A stretch of DNA of 64,000 nt, from assembly GCF_009914755.1 (NCBI RefSeq), contig NC_060933.1; one strand, 5' to 3'. This document shows, one piece after another, positions 51,491-64,000 of this stretch (positions within the stretch are counted from its first letter, which is position 1; every line of letters starts with the position of its first letter). Made by a program: the position numbers and the translations under genes. Below the pieces are notes generated by a model. The model was given only the letters and a program-made list of their open reading frames with translations. It was not told where the DNA came from and ran no database searches. The stretch is from the human T2T-CHM13v2.0 reference genome, Homo sapiens.

Positions 51491-51675
51491 ACTAGCACTG
51501 TGAATTGTAAAGCACATTCAAAAATCTAGTTGTTACCATCAATAGCCCTTGACTCTCCCCATGGATAGTCTTCCTAATGACAGTCTGCCCGGAGTGTCAC
51601 ACACCTGTGTGGTTGACTAGCTCCCTGCCTCCCAGAGTGTCTGTTTTTGTCTGGTGATAAGAAAAGTCTGGGTCT

Positions 51676-51765
51676 CAACTGCTCATGAGGCTGACGCAGG
51701 AGAATCGCTTGAACCTGGGAGGTTGTAACACTGCATCACAGCCTGGGCAACAGAGACTCTATCTC

Positions 51766-51798
<33 letters not shown>
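51676..51798 (+). mobile_element. Short, internally deleted, 5'-truncated Alu
   Basis: Perfect 17-bp TSD aagaaaagtctgggtct at 51659-51675 and 51799-51815. Confidence 0.9.
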
Positions 51799-52945
51799 AA
51801 GAAAAGTCTGGGTCTTGCAGAACAGCAGAACGGAACCTAAACCTGCCTCAGGTAACTTCTGGTGGCCGGTCCCAGTTCTGCCCTCAGGGCTTCAGCCCTT
51901 TCAGCCCAGGACCTCCTCCAAGGGATTTGAGGACCAGGAAGCTCCAGTCTGATCTGTGAGCTGGGAAGGGGAGTGAGGGGCTGGGGCAGATATGTGCTTG
52001 GCCGCCCGGGGAGGTGCCCTGGCTGTCCACCCGCACCCAGGCCTCTGAGGGCAAGCTGGGGGTGTGAGGACAATGGAGCTGTGTTTTAGTTAAACCGTAG
52101 CTCTTGGTGAAATCCCAGGGAGCCTGAATAATTGACAGTGTGGTCAGCAGCTGACCGCTGACTTTCAGGCATGGTGGAAATCGATCTGGTCAACATTTAC
52201 TGCCCTGGCCCTGGGAGGCCTGGGGGTCGGAGGTGAAAAGTATTGCCCCATCCTGAGTCCTAATCAAACGGTGTGGAGTTGGAGTTAGGTGGACTCACCT
52301 GTGTGACTGCGAGCTGCCCTTCTCTGAGCCTGTTTCCTTCTGCCTTCAATGTGGCTAGGAATCCGGTCCTCACGGGGAGACTGAATGGGAAAGAGCTGTG
52401 TGCATCGTAATGAGGGGAAGAGGATAAATCTGGTTTGGGATGTGTCTGAGTCTAAGGGCCCGTGGGGAAGCCTGGAGGTGAAGGTTCAGCCACTGGATAA
52501 CTGGGTCTGGAGCTGGCGGGAAGCAGAAGGTTAGAAGTCCCATCTCTAAGTGGTCTCTGCAGCCACAAGAATGGATGAAGTTGTACAGCATGGACATAGA
52601 GCCAGGAGAGGACCCAGCACAGACACTGGGAGGCCACCCACTTCTAAGGTACAGTTGTGGCCCCAGGAAGGGGAGACACACAGAGGGACAGAGGAGCCAC
52701 TGGGAAGGAACAATGTGGGTCAAGTCAGAATGTGGAAGGCGGCAGAAAGGTCAGGAAGAATCAAGACTGAAAAGGGTTGGCTGGACCCAGTCACAGGGAG
52801 GCTTCGCAGTGCACTCTGTGAGGGCAATTTCAGGAGAGTTGTTGGGACTGTGGGAGGAGAACCAGGTTTTCTCAATAGCAGGATTTCTAGGGGTGAGGAG
52901 ACACGGGGAGCATACAGACACCCACGTCTTCACTTCCATGGATGA

Positions 52946-53257
<312 letters not shown>

Positions 53258-54024
53258 GAGCTCTGGCCATTTTTAGGAACACCCAGGCTTTAGACCTAGC
53301 TCAGCCACAAGTTGTAAAGTCATTTCCAGTCTGATAGTTAAGCCTTTTTTCAACCTAGTCTCAGCTGTTTTCTTTAGCCTCAATTACCATCCCTCCCCAT
53401 CTTCCCCCACCATAGCCATCCAGAAACCTCCTCTCACCTTTGAATGTCACCTCCCACCCCAGCAGTTCCTGACATCCCCCCATGGAGACTTAATTCCTCT
53501 CTTCTCTGGACCTTGTACACTTTTTCCAATGCCTGTGTTTGTACAGTCACTTGTTCACAGATGTTAGCTGTACACCTACTATGTGTCTGGCTCTGTGCAG
53601 ACTCTGCGATTCAGCAGAACAAGACAGGCAGTGGCAAACTCCATCTCTAACTGGGGCAAGAAGAGGGGAAATTAAGGAGGCAATAAATAACCATACTGCC
53701 AGGAGGGCAGGGCCACGGCCAGACCCCGGACGGATGGACGGACTGCGAATGCAGCCAGCTCCCTCCCCTCCCCACTCTCCTCTCTCCTCCCCACCTCTCC
53801 TCTCCCTGTCAGCATCAGCGTCCTTCTGCTACTCATTTGGCTTCCCCTACTTTGTGGAAAACAAGAGAGCTCTCAGCTCCAAAGGCCTCACCGGGGAGAG
53901 TATAACTGTTTCCCCCCAAGTTCCAGTTTAAAATGAAACCAAAAACAACTGCGGGGAAGGACCTGGTTGGCCTGGCTTGGGCCAGCAGCCCACTCCTTCT
54001 GAGCCAGTAGCTATGGCTGGAGGG

Positions 54025-54083
54025 TGAGGTCATGTGCCAGCTCCTGTAACATGAGGTCATATGGCAACATGAGGTCACGTGAC
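54025..54083 (+). promoter_or_regulatory. Three TGAGGTCA/E-box composite motifs, including a GTCACGTGAC (CLEAR/USF) palindrome
   Basis: tgaggtcatgtg, tgaggtcatatg and tgaggtcacgtg. Confidence 0.4.
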
Positions 54084-54326
54084 AACTGCAGGGCCCACCT
54101 GCCTAGACAGGGTGGGGAGAGGAGCTGGTCTCAAAAAGGAGGAAGTGCTTTTGAGAAGGAATGGTGTGGGGAGGGTGGGTTGGCCCTCAAACCAGTAGGG
54201 ATCTCACAAGGCCAGCGGGGTGCTTGTTGTGGAGCCTTTGGGAGGCTGCAGTCCCAAGCGATCCTTACCTTTTTGGTGCCCTCGACCCCTTTGGCATCGA
54301 GTGAAGCCTGTGGACCCTTTCTCAGG

Positions 54327-54691
<365 letters not shown>

Positions 54692-54961
54692 TAAACCAAT
54701 TACATTGGTTCTGTCCACAGCCCCCTTGAGGACTCAATATTGAAGGAGTGTGAAAAGACAGGTTAATTAGAGATTTGCTCAGACATCTCCTGGAGGAAGG
54801 TGGTGGGAGCCGTGGCCTTTCCCTTGAGGGTGGAAGTTGGTGGACCCGTCTGGGTCTGGGGTGGCCCTGGGGAAGCTGGTAGTGAAGGGAAATGGGAGTG
54901 GGTTGACTGCTAAGACAAAGGTGACACCAGTCAGGGAGCTTGGCTGCTGGTGGCAAGCACA

Positions 54962-55041
54962 GACTCCAGCTAACCTGAAGGAGTGGTTTGTAAAAGTATC
55001 GGACTCCAGCTAACCTGAAGGAGTGGTTTGTAAAAGTATCG
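54962..55041. repeat. Perfect 40-bp tandem duplication
   Basis: gactccagctaacctgaaggagtggtttgtaaaagtatcg x2. Confidence 0.97.
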
Positions 55042-55508
55042 GGTAGCTCATGCAATTGACGGAGAAACTAGAGAAACAGGCTTGACGAGAACCCAGAGAG
55101 TTAAGATCTGCCAAGCTGCCACCTGGGAGCTGACTGCCGGCCAGCTGGTCACTGTGGCCCCATCTGACACCTCCAGCCATGGAGATGACGCCCACACAGC
55201 ACGAGATGTCCTTCTATGGCGGCACCCTTTAAATGGCAGACTGACTCTGTGCCTCAATGTCACTCTACAGAGTCCTGGGAGGGCATGTCCAGCTGGCCAC
55301 ACTCTAGGCTGCACGTCCATATTCTAGTCACTGGAAGCACAGAAGATCTGTCCCAGGCAGCTTCTGTGGGGAGAGGCGGGGGGTGGTCCTTCCACTATCT
55401 TGGGATTCTCCTAATAGATGCTGGTCAACCAAAGGGGTGAATGTCTGATGGCTGGTTCTGAGGTGTGTGTGTATGTATACACAGAGAATATGTGTGTATG
55501 TGTACATC

Positions 55509-55772
55509 GGGCCATGTGTCATGGCTCACGCCTATAATCCAAGCCAGGAGTTCAAGACCAGCCTGGGCAATATGGTGAAATCCCATTTCTACTAAAAATA
55601 CAAAAATTAGGTGTGGTGGTACATGCTTGTAATCCCAGCTACTTGGGTGCTGAGGCATGAGAATTGCTTGAACCTGGGAGGTGGAGGTTGCAGTGAGCCA
55701 AGATTGTGCCACTGCACTCCAGCCAGCCTGGGGGACAGAGTGAGAATGTCTTTAAAAAAAAAAAAAAAAAAA
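55509..55772 (+). mobile_element. Alu with a left-arm deletion
   Basis: cctataatcc joined to agccaggagttc. Confidence 0.9.
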
Positions 55773-55998
55773 AGCGTACGTGAACTAAGCTATGTCCCCT
55801 CTTAAGTGCTGTTTTGTTGGGATTTCAGGCCTGTGGCATTATCTAATGACGTGAAACTCAGGATACAGGCTCCTAACTTTCCCCTCAAAAAGGAAATACT
55901 GCTGGGCTTGAGACAGAGAATAGGATGAATAGGACCTTTCAGGAAATAAACCAGACCTTCCAGCTTCTTCTCTGCAATCTTTTAGAAACCAGGACGGC

Positions 55999-56443
<445 letters not shown>

Positions 56444-56584
56444 TTATTCTGAACCTCAAGCTGGGGACATGGGACATAAGTGACCTGTGTTTGCTGTTGC
56501 TCCCCCATCCCCATCTCACAACACTGGACTGTGAGCTCTGGCAGGGCAGGTCTGCTGTCTCATTCCTCTGCTCATGCATCTTCC

Positions 56585-56981
56585 AGCCCAGGCACCAAGA
56601 CCTGGACAGTTGTTCACCAGCCTTTCTCTTCCTCCTGGGCACAGAGCCAGGTGACACCTCCCGGCTTCCCTGTGGTTAGGCATGACATGTGACTGAGGCT
56701 TGACTAGTGGGACATGGACGGAAGTGACATGGGCCACTTCTGGCCTGGACCATAAAAACCTTCAATGTGTAATCCTCCAAATTCTTCCCTCATCCAGACG
56801 AAAGCAGATGATTCTGAGTTCTAGGAAAAGGTGTCACCACAATAAGGAGGGAGGCTGGGTCCCTGAATCACGTAGTGGAAGGCTCATTGACCAACCAGGA
56901 ACTCTGTCCTGTGAGCAAGAAAAGTCTATTGTGTTACTGGGGTGGGGGTGTTTATTAGAGCAGCTAAGGTGATACTAATAC
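56585..56981 (+). mobile_element. MLT1I/J-like LTR
   Basis: gttaggcatgacatgtgactgag...ggaagtgacatgggccacttc...gctgggtccctgaatcac. Confidence 0.65.
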
Positions 56982-57130
56982 GCTCAGAAAATAGTTGCTG
57001 AACCGAGTTGTTCTGTGATCCTGGATAAAGCACTGCCCTGTCTGGGCCTCAGTTTCCTCAACTATATGAGAAGGCTGGACCAGGTAATCCCTAGGCACCC
57101 TTGCTCCTGGGAAAAAGGAGGACTTTAGCT

Positions 57131-57162
<32 letters not shown>

Positions 57163-57170
57163 TCACACTC
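57131..57170. repeat. (CA)n microsatellite
   Basis: Seen directly in the sequence. Confidence 0.95.
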
Positions 57171-57819
57171 ACCCTGTCACGCACACTCCTGCAGTGGGGC
57201 TGTTTCCATAGGGACAGGTCCTGAAATGCCTTTCTGGATACAATTTCTCACGAGCACCCAAACAAGGACAACGTTCCAGAACCTTGTTTCTAACAAATGT
57301 CGGTAAAACAAAAACACCCGCTACAGACCCATAAAATGTGAAGACCAACTCCAGTGATAAAATATGTTCGTTTCTATGTATTTTTATAGCTTTCCGGATA
57401 ATAAAAGGAACCGTGTTCTAATCGGATGCGTTTGTTAAATCAGTGTGCAGTGCCTCTACCCTCCTCTTCATGCACAGAGAGAGCTGCAGGGAGACAGGAA
57501 GTAGCAGCTTTTGTCATTACCTTGGGAACCTTTGGGACCAAAGGCCATCCTTATTGCTGTTTTCCCAACTCCTCCAGGAATGGTGGGAAGCAGCGTGCAT
57601 CAGGGAAGGTAGGAACAGCAGAAGTTGTCAAAGATGCTTCTTCCCTAGCTTCTAGGACAGTTTCTCTTTTTATTCTCATGGGGAGAGAGGTACCAGGGTT
57701 GCTGCAGAGATGGGCTGGGGCTTGGTCAGGTAGGCTCTGGGATCACGACGGGGGTTCACACATACGTGCCAGGCACTGTTCTAAATGCTTTGGATATATA
57801 ATACTAACGTTAAAAAAAA

Positions 57820-57882
57820 TAACTTCAGCTTTTATTTTAGATACAGGAGGTACATGTGCAGGTTTGTTACATGGGTATATTG
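57820..57882 (-). mobile_element. About 60-bp L1PB/L1PA 3'-end fragment inside a MIR
   Basis: ttttattttagatacaggaggtacatgtgcaggtttgttacatgggtatattg. Confidence 0.75.
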
Positions 57883-58058
57883 ACTAGTCTAAACTTCATG
57901 ATAACCTTTGTGTAGGCCCTCATTTTACAGAGAGGGAAACTGAGGCATAAGGAGGTTGACAACTTGGCCAAGGTCACACAGCCAGTGAGTAGAGAAGTTG
58001 GTATTCCCACGCAGCCAGCTTTGTCTCCAGATCTGCCTCTCTAGGCTAAGGCTAAGGG

Positions 58059-58366
58059 TTTTTGTTTGTTTGTTTGTTTGTTTTTTTGAGACAGAGTCTC
58101 ACTCTGTCACCAAGGCTGGAGTGCAGTGGTGCAATCTCTGTTGCAGAGACCACAATCTCTGTCTCCTGGGTTCAAGTGATTCTCATGTCTCAATCTCCTA
58201 AGTAGCTAGGATTACAGGCACATGCCACCACATCCAGCTAATTTTTAAAATATTTTTAGTAGAGATGGGGTTTCTCTATGTTGGGCAGACTCCGGACGTC
58301 AGGTGATCTGCCCACCTTAGCCTCCCAAAGTGTTGGGATTACAGGTGTGAGCCACCATGCCTGGCC
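58059..58366 (-). mobile_element. Alu (older S/J)
   Basis: TSD aagggttttt. Confidence 0.9.
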
Positions 58367-58439
58367 TAAGAGAAGGGTTTTAATCCATATCCTAAAAGCA
58401 GAGGAAGAGAGCAGCAAAGTGAACACAGACTGTATACTG

Positions 58440-58641
58440 TGGTCTGTGATTCTGCCCCACAGGTGACATTGGGCGACATCTTGAGACATGTTTGGTTGTC
58501 ACAAGTGGGGATGAGGTGCTACTGGCATCTGGTACATAGAGGCCAGGGATGCTACAAAACACCCTGCACTGCACACAACAGTTCCCAACACAAAGAATGC
58601 TCCAGCCCCAAATGTCAATAACCCAAGACTGAGAAACCCTG
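58440..58641 (+). mobile_element. MER20
   Basis: ggtgctactggcatctggtacatagaggccagggatgct...gagaaaccctg. Confidence 0.85.
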
Positions 58642-59708
58642 CTCAGAGGTCAGACGGGCTGCAGCCTCTGCCACTCTCCAGCTGTGTGGCCCTGGGCAAC
58701 TGACTTCCCCTCTCTGAACCTCAATGACTTTAGGAGAACTTTGGGTAAGGCAATCATGAGACAAAGCCTGACACATAGGAAGTACCCAATAAATAACAAC
58801 AATGACTGTTTTCCTCTGATTCTCCCCTGACCGTCGCCATCTCTCACCCTGCCCCAGGCCCTGCCACATTTCTTGACCAAAAAACAGAACCAAGCTCTTA
58901 ACAGTGAACTTGGGAGAGTTATGAGTTTATATTCCCCTGCTCCCTTCTAGCTCTGCCGACGTCTTCCGCTCCTCTAATTACTTATTTAAAGACTATCGAT
59001 TCCTTGGGCTGCTGCTGGGAGGCCTCGCAGAATTGCATGTCTCGCAAATAGGAAGAGAGCCGTGGCCTAGCGACTGGGGCCGCAGCCTGACATAACCAGG
59101 CAGGGGGTTATTTTCGCCCGGGATACTTGTGAAATATTCATGTGCTGATTTAAATACTGAGGATGTCAGAGCTGGAAAGGGCCAGAGAGATCATATCGGC
59201 AGAGTTTGCCCTCACTGGAGACTAGGCAGCTAGATGGGGTGGGGAGGGTGCCTGGCAGAGACGGGCACTGGCAGAAGCAGGTTCAAGATGGATACCAAGG
59301 CCTCAGACTCAGTGCGTTGTGACCTTGGGCAGGTCGCTCGCCCTTTCTGGGCCGTTGATCCCTCATCTGTAATGAAAGGGAGTTGTGAGGCTGAAATGGG
59401 ATGGATATGTAAGAATAACTCAGTATAGAGTGGGCCTGCAAAATGTAATTGCATTTGAAGTCAGCAAGCCTGTCTGAGCCTGGATTTCCTCCTCTGGAAA
59501 CTTCCTGGGGCTGATCAAGTTATATAAGATGACAGATGTGTGAACACTTTATACCAAGCAAAGTGATGGCTGACAAATGTTAAGTGTGTTTAATTAGCAT
59601 GTGTGAGTGCCCACTATGTCCCAGGTGTTGTGCTAAGTGCTTAAAAAAACAGGCAATAGCTTTCTGAAACTCCCAACATGCATGGCGGAAGGTATCGTTA
59701 TCTGAGTT

Positions 59709-59867
59709 CCAGTGGTGTGCTGGTAAACTGCTGGGGGAAGGTGAGGGGGGATCCCTGATGTGTAATGTTTGCCAATTTCCTTGGTGTAAATACTCCCACT
59801 ATGGTTGATTTCAAGCTACCAATATGATATCACTGAACACAGAATTGGGAAGAATCTGCACCAATGG
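59709..59867. mobile_element. MER63-type (hAT-Blackjack) element inside a MIR
   Basis: ccagtggtgtgctggtaaa...ggtgtaaatactcccac...gatttcaagctacc. Confidence 0.75.
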
Positions 59868-60521
59868 ATCTCTGTCTTACAGAGGAGGAAACTGAGGTCC
59901 AAAGAAATAGGTTGAGTGCCTTGCCCCAGATAATTGGCTGAACCAGGTCAATCTCCCCCTAAATCTCACCACTTAACTACCTCCTAGGGTTGAGTCAAAT
60001 GGGGTCGCCGAGCCTCAGAGATGGGAGTGACTTGGCCAAGGTCACACCTCATGATGGTCTAGAACTAGGACAGGGCCACACCTCCTTTCTCCCAGTCCAG
60101 TGTTCTTCCCATCAAGGGCTCAGGCCAATGTGGGGGCCACACTTGCCCTCCCCTCCTACCCCAAGCTTGCTCAGGAAGGCAACAGAACCTCACTTTACAA
60201 AGCGCCAACCCTAGGCTGGGCCCTGTGCCAGATAATTACATACGACATTCTCTCATTGATTATTCCCAGCCGACCTGTGAGGCAGGAATTCTGATTGCTA
60301 ATTGATGGAGGAGGAAGCCCAGGCTCAGATTGGTGAAGTGACTTTCCCAAGGCTACAGAGCCAGGACGTTGTAAAATTCAAAACCACATCTACAGTCACT
60401 CCAAAGCCCACATGCTTTCCTCTCCAGCATTCAGCCGGGCCCTCATCCAGCCCACAGACTGCCTGACTCATGGAGGGCTTTAGATGGAAAGCCCGCAGGC
60501 ATTCATAGACCCATTTGTTAA

Positions 60522-60897
<376 letters not shown>

Positions 60898-60914
60898 TAA
60901 TTTTGAATCAGCTA

Positions 60915-61055
60915 TGATTTTTAAACAAATCAATTATCAGGCCCCACACCAGACCATTTGAATCAGGATCTCGGGGGAACCTGACCTCCAAGTGGCTCTG
61001 GTGTTCCAAAGCTTCCCAGGGGCTTCTGATGTGCAGCTGGTTTGGGGAACCACTG
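60915..61055. mobile_element. MER5A-type MITE
   Basis: ggccccacaccagacc..tgaatcag...gaaccactg. Confidence 0.65.
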
Positions 61056-62038
61056 TCCTGTGTCTTAGTCACTCTTGGTGACAATTGCTGATGGGAAAGC
61101 ATCAGACCTGAGGGTGAAGAAGGATCCCCAAGTGTTAATAGGCACATGAACCTTGAAAAGGCCAAGACTGTATTGGGCAGGTGGTTATTTCTGAGGTCTG
61201 AAATGGACACACATCAGTATCAGCCTCTTCCTGACTGCAGCGGGGACCAAATCTGTCCCCTTGCCACAAAACTGACCTGAGAGCTGAGGGCACTGGACAA
61301 CCACATGATTCTCCCCCAGCTCAAGAGCGTCTTTCCCTGTCGTATATTAATTTACTCACCGCGTGTTTTAGATCTGCCTCTTGGGGGCCAGATATTGCAC
61401 TGGGTGTTGGGGAAGCAACAGCGAACAAGGCACGTAGCCACATCCCTCAAGGGGTATACAGACCCATGGTTGTAACTGGACGAAGATGACTATGTTCACC
61501 ACAATTCCTGGGAAGAGAGGCTGCAGTGTAGACCCCTCCCCCGTTAATGAAATCTATAGCAGAGGATGTATTGTTCATGCCTGGCTTGTGACAGGCTCAA
61601 GAAGGAGTTGAGTTTCACATTGAGGTTGACATCTTGCAGATAGAGATATGAGTAGAGGAGAGTGAGCTGTGGAAAAGGGATCTCAGGGGGGTTTGCAGAA
61701 ATAGCAGGGGTGGCAGGTTCTGGCTGGGTCCAGAAGCTTTTAATCTATTACTTGAAAGCATGAGGAAACACCTGAAGGAGACGTGTGTGATATGATGGAA
61801 TACAATGAGACTGTCAAACTAGCCTGGGGAGGTGGGGGAATCATCGTGACCATTCATTGAGCTGTGATTGTGTGCCAGGTTTTGTGCCACACATGCCATA
61901 TGCATCATGTCTCAAGTCCTTGTAAACACTTTACAAGATAGACTATTATGCTCATCCTATGGGTCAAGGAAATAGAGGCTCAGAAAGGTAATATGACCTG
62001 CCTAAAGACACACAGCTGGTTTGTTGCACAGCCAGAAG

Positions 62039-62380
62039 TTTTGTTTGTTTGTTTTGTTTTTTGTTTTGAGACAGGGTCTCACTCTGTCACTCAGGCTGGA
62101 GTGCAGTGGTGTGATCTTGGCTCATGGCAAACTTCGTCTCCTGGGCTCAAGCGATCCTCCCTGCTACTCTGGGATTGTAGGCATTAATCCTTAACCTCCA
62201 GAGTAGCTGGGACTGTAGGAGTGTGCCACCATGCCCAACTAATTTTTAAATTTTTTATAGAGACTAGGTTTTGCCATGTTGTCCAGGCTAGTCTGGAACT
62301 CCTGGGCTTAAGTGATCTGATCTGACTGCCTCAGCCTCCCCAAATGCTGAGATTACAGGCGTGAACCACCGGGCCTGGCC
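62039..62380 (-). mobile_element. AluJ inserted in a MIR
   Basis: TSD agccag(a/g)a; MIR flanks at about 61850-62440. Confidence 0.9.
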
Positions 62381-64000
62381 AGAGCCAGGATTTGAACCCA
62401 AGTTTTTATGATTTGAAAACTCATGCTCAAAGCCCCTACACTGTAGAAGCTGCCTTGGTATCTATTTCTCCCTTATCAGAAGGCCCTCATGCCTACAGTT
62501 AGAGGAAGGGACAGAACTTGCATGCACACCAGGCCACCTAACGATGACACACAAGATGAGCATTGTCAACCCCATGTTATGGCTGAGGGACTCAGCCTCA
62601 GAGAAGTAAATGAACTTGCCCGAGGTCATAGATGAGAAATAGCAGAACTGGGATTGGAGCCCAGGGTCTTTGCCTGGCCCCACCTGCCCTCTGCCCTCAC
62701 AGCCCTATTACTCCTTCCATGATGGGGGTGGCAGACATCCCAGGCTGGGTCTCCAGAGCAGGCCCAAGTCTGGGCCTCAGGGCAAGGTCATCAGGAGGCC
62801 AAAGAGGGAAATCTTTAAATGGTGTCAGGTTCATTGCCTTTGTGGCAGAAGGAAGAAAAAAGAAGAGGCACAGAAGCAAGGAAGATGGAGCTGATTCCTG
62901 CTTAACTCACACCCTCTCGTTTGGCTGAGTCAGCGATGCAGGGAGGCCTCCCTGGCCTCAGCACAGAATCGCAGGAATCTGCAGATCTGCTGGAATTTCT
63001 CTGCACTGGCTGGCACGGGAGGTGACGAGAGCAGAGGAAAACGACTGCTGTTTTTATTCTCTGGGGCTGGTTTCTTTCTCTCCCCACTCCCCCCCGGCTT
63101 CTTGCTCATGTCTTTGAAAGGCCACTTGTCTCTGACTTGCACAGCACTCAACAGTCTAGAAAGCCCCTACAAAGAGCTCTTCGGTCCCCAAAGTGATTTA
63201 TGATTTTGAAGTGCTTTTTGGATTATGAAAGGCTAACCTACAATAGCCTCCTCACTGCGGCAACATTTACAAAGCGCTTTGCAAGTCACACGGCATTTTA
63301 TAGTTTGCAACATTCTTTGCAGCCAAAAGGTGCTTACCTCTCCAGAGGGGACTTCAGAGTTTGCAAACCCTGGTCACACCTCTTCCTTTATTTAAACTGC
63401 AGTACAGCTCTGTGATAAAGGCTGATAATAATATCTATCACTCATATGGCGTTCACAGTGTCCTAGATATTCTTATGAGCGCTTTACATACGTTCACACA
63501 TTAATGGTTCAACAACCCCGCAAGGTTGCCACTATTATGATACCCATTTACAAATAAGGATGTTGAGGCACAGCCAGGTAAACCTTGCCCAAGATCACAG
63601 GGCTGTTAAGTAGTGGAGCTTGGATTTGAGGCATTGATGTTTGATAGGATGACGACACATTTTGTATCCATTTTTCATATGAGAAAAACAGAGGTCTAGG
63701 GCAGTAGCCAGTTCTGTCATGCCCCCCGTGTGACCTCAGACTGGTCTTGGCATGTCTCTCGGTCTCTTTTATCCTTCTCTGCAGAACTGAAAGGATAAGC
63801 CCCGCCCTGCTCTCTTCTCAACTCTGAACAAATGTGAGGTGTGGGGGTGATGATGCTGGAGGGAGGAGGCCAAGCCTCAGCACCCCCTCCCTGGCCTTGC
63901 TGCCTGTGCCAAGGTACCAAGCCTTGCCTCAGCTTTCCCCTCTTGGGTGTGGCTCCACTCTGTACAGAAGGCCACCTGGAGGCCTTTCCTGAGATCTCCT

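Overview
Primate genomic DNA, almost certainly human or great ape (AluY, L1PA3/4, THE1). It is very Alu-dense (about 55 Alu copies or fragments) and rich in MIR, L2, old L1M, MaLR LTRs and MER DNA transposons. I recognise no known protein-coding exon, RNA gene or CRISPR array, and I cannot name the locus. Nearly all listed ORFs are Alu-, L1- or chance-derived. The only gene-like signal is a repeat-free, CpG-retaining block at about 46.2-47.4 kb with strong + strand splice donors. It could be an alternative promoter or first exon, and one speculative two-exon reading gives a small secreted-peptide-like ORF. The most unusual directly visible signal is a set of locally templated insertion or template-switch scars. 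These are a 171-bp direct copy inside an MST LTR with a snap-back junction, a 97-bp inverted copy inside an Alu, an L2 fragment inside MER44, a palindromic micro-duplication cluster, an inverted-Alu fold-back junction and several tandem duplications. A 5'-inverted (twin-primed) L1 and a triplicated TGAGGTCA/E-box motif are also present. Repeat family and subfamily calls are from memory of consensus sequences, and their boundaries are approximate.
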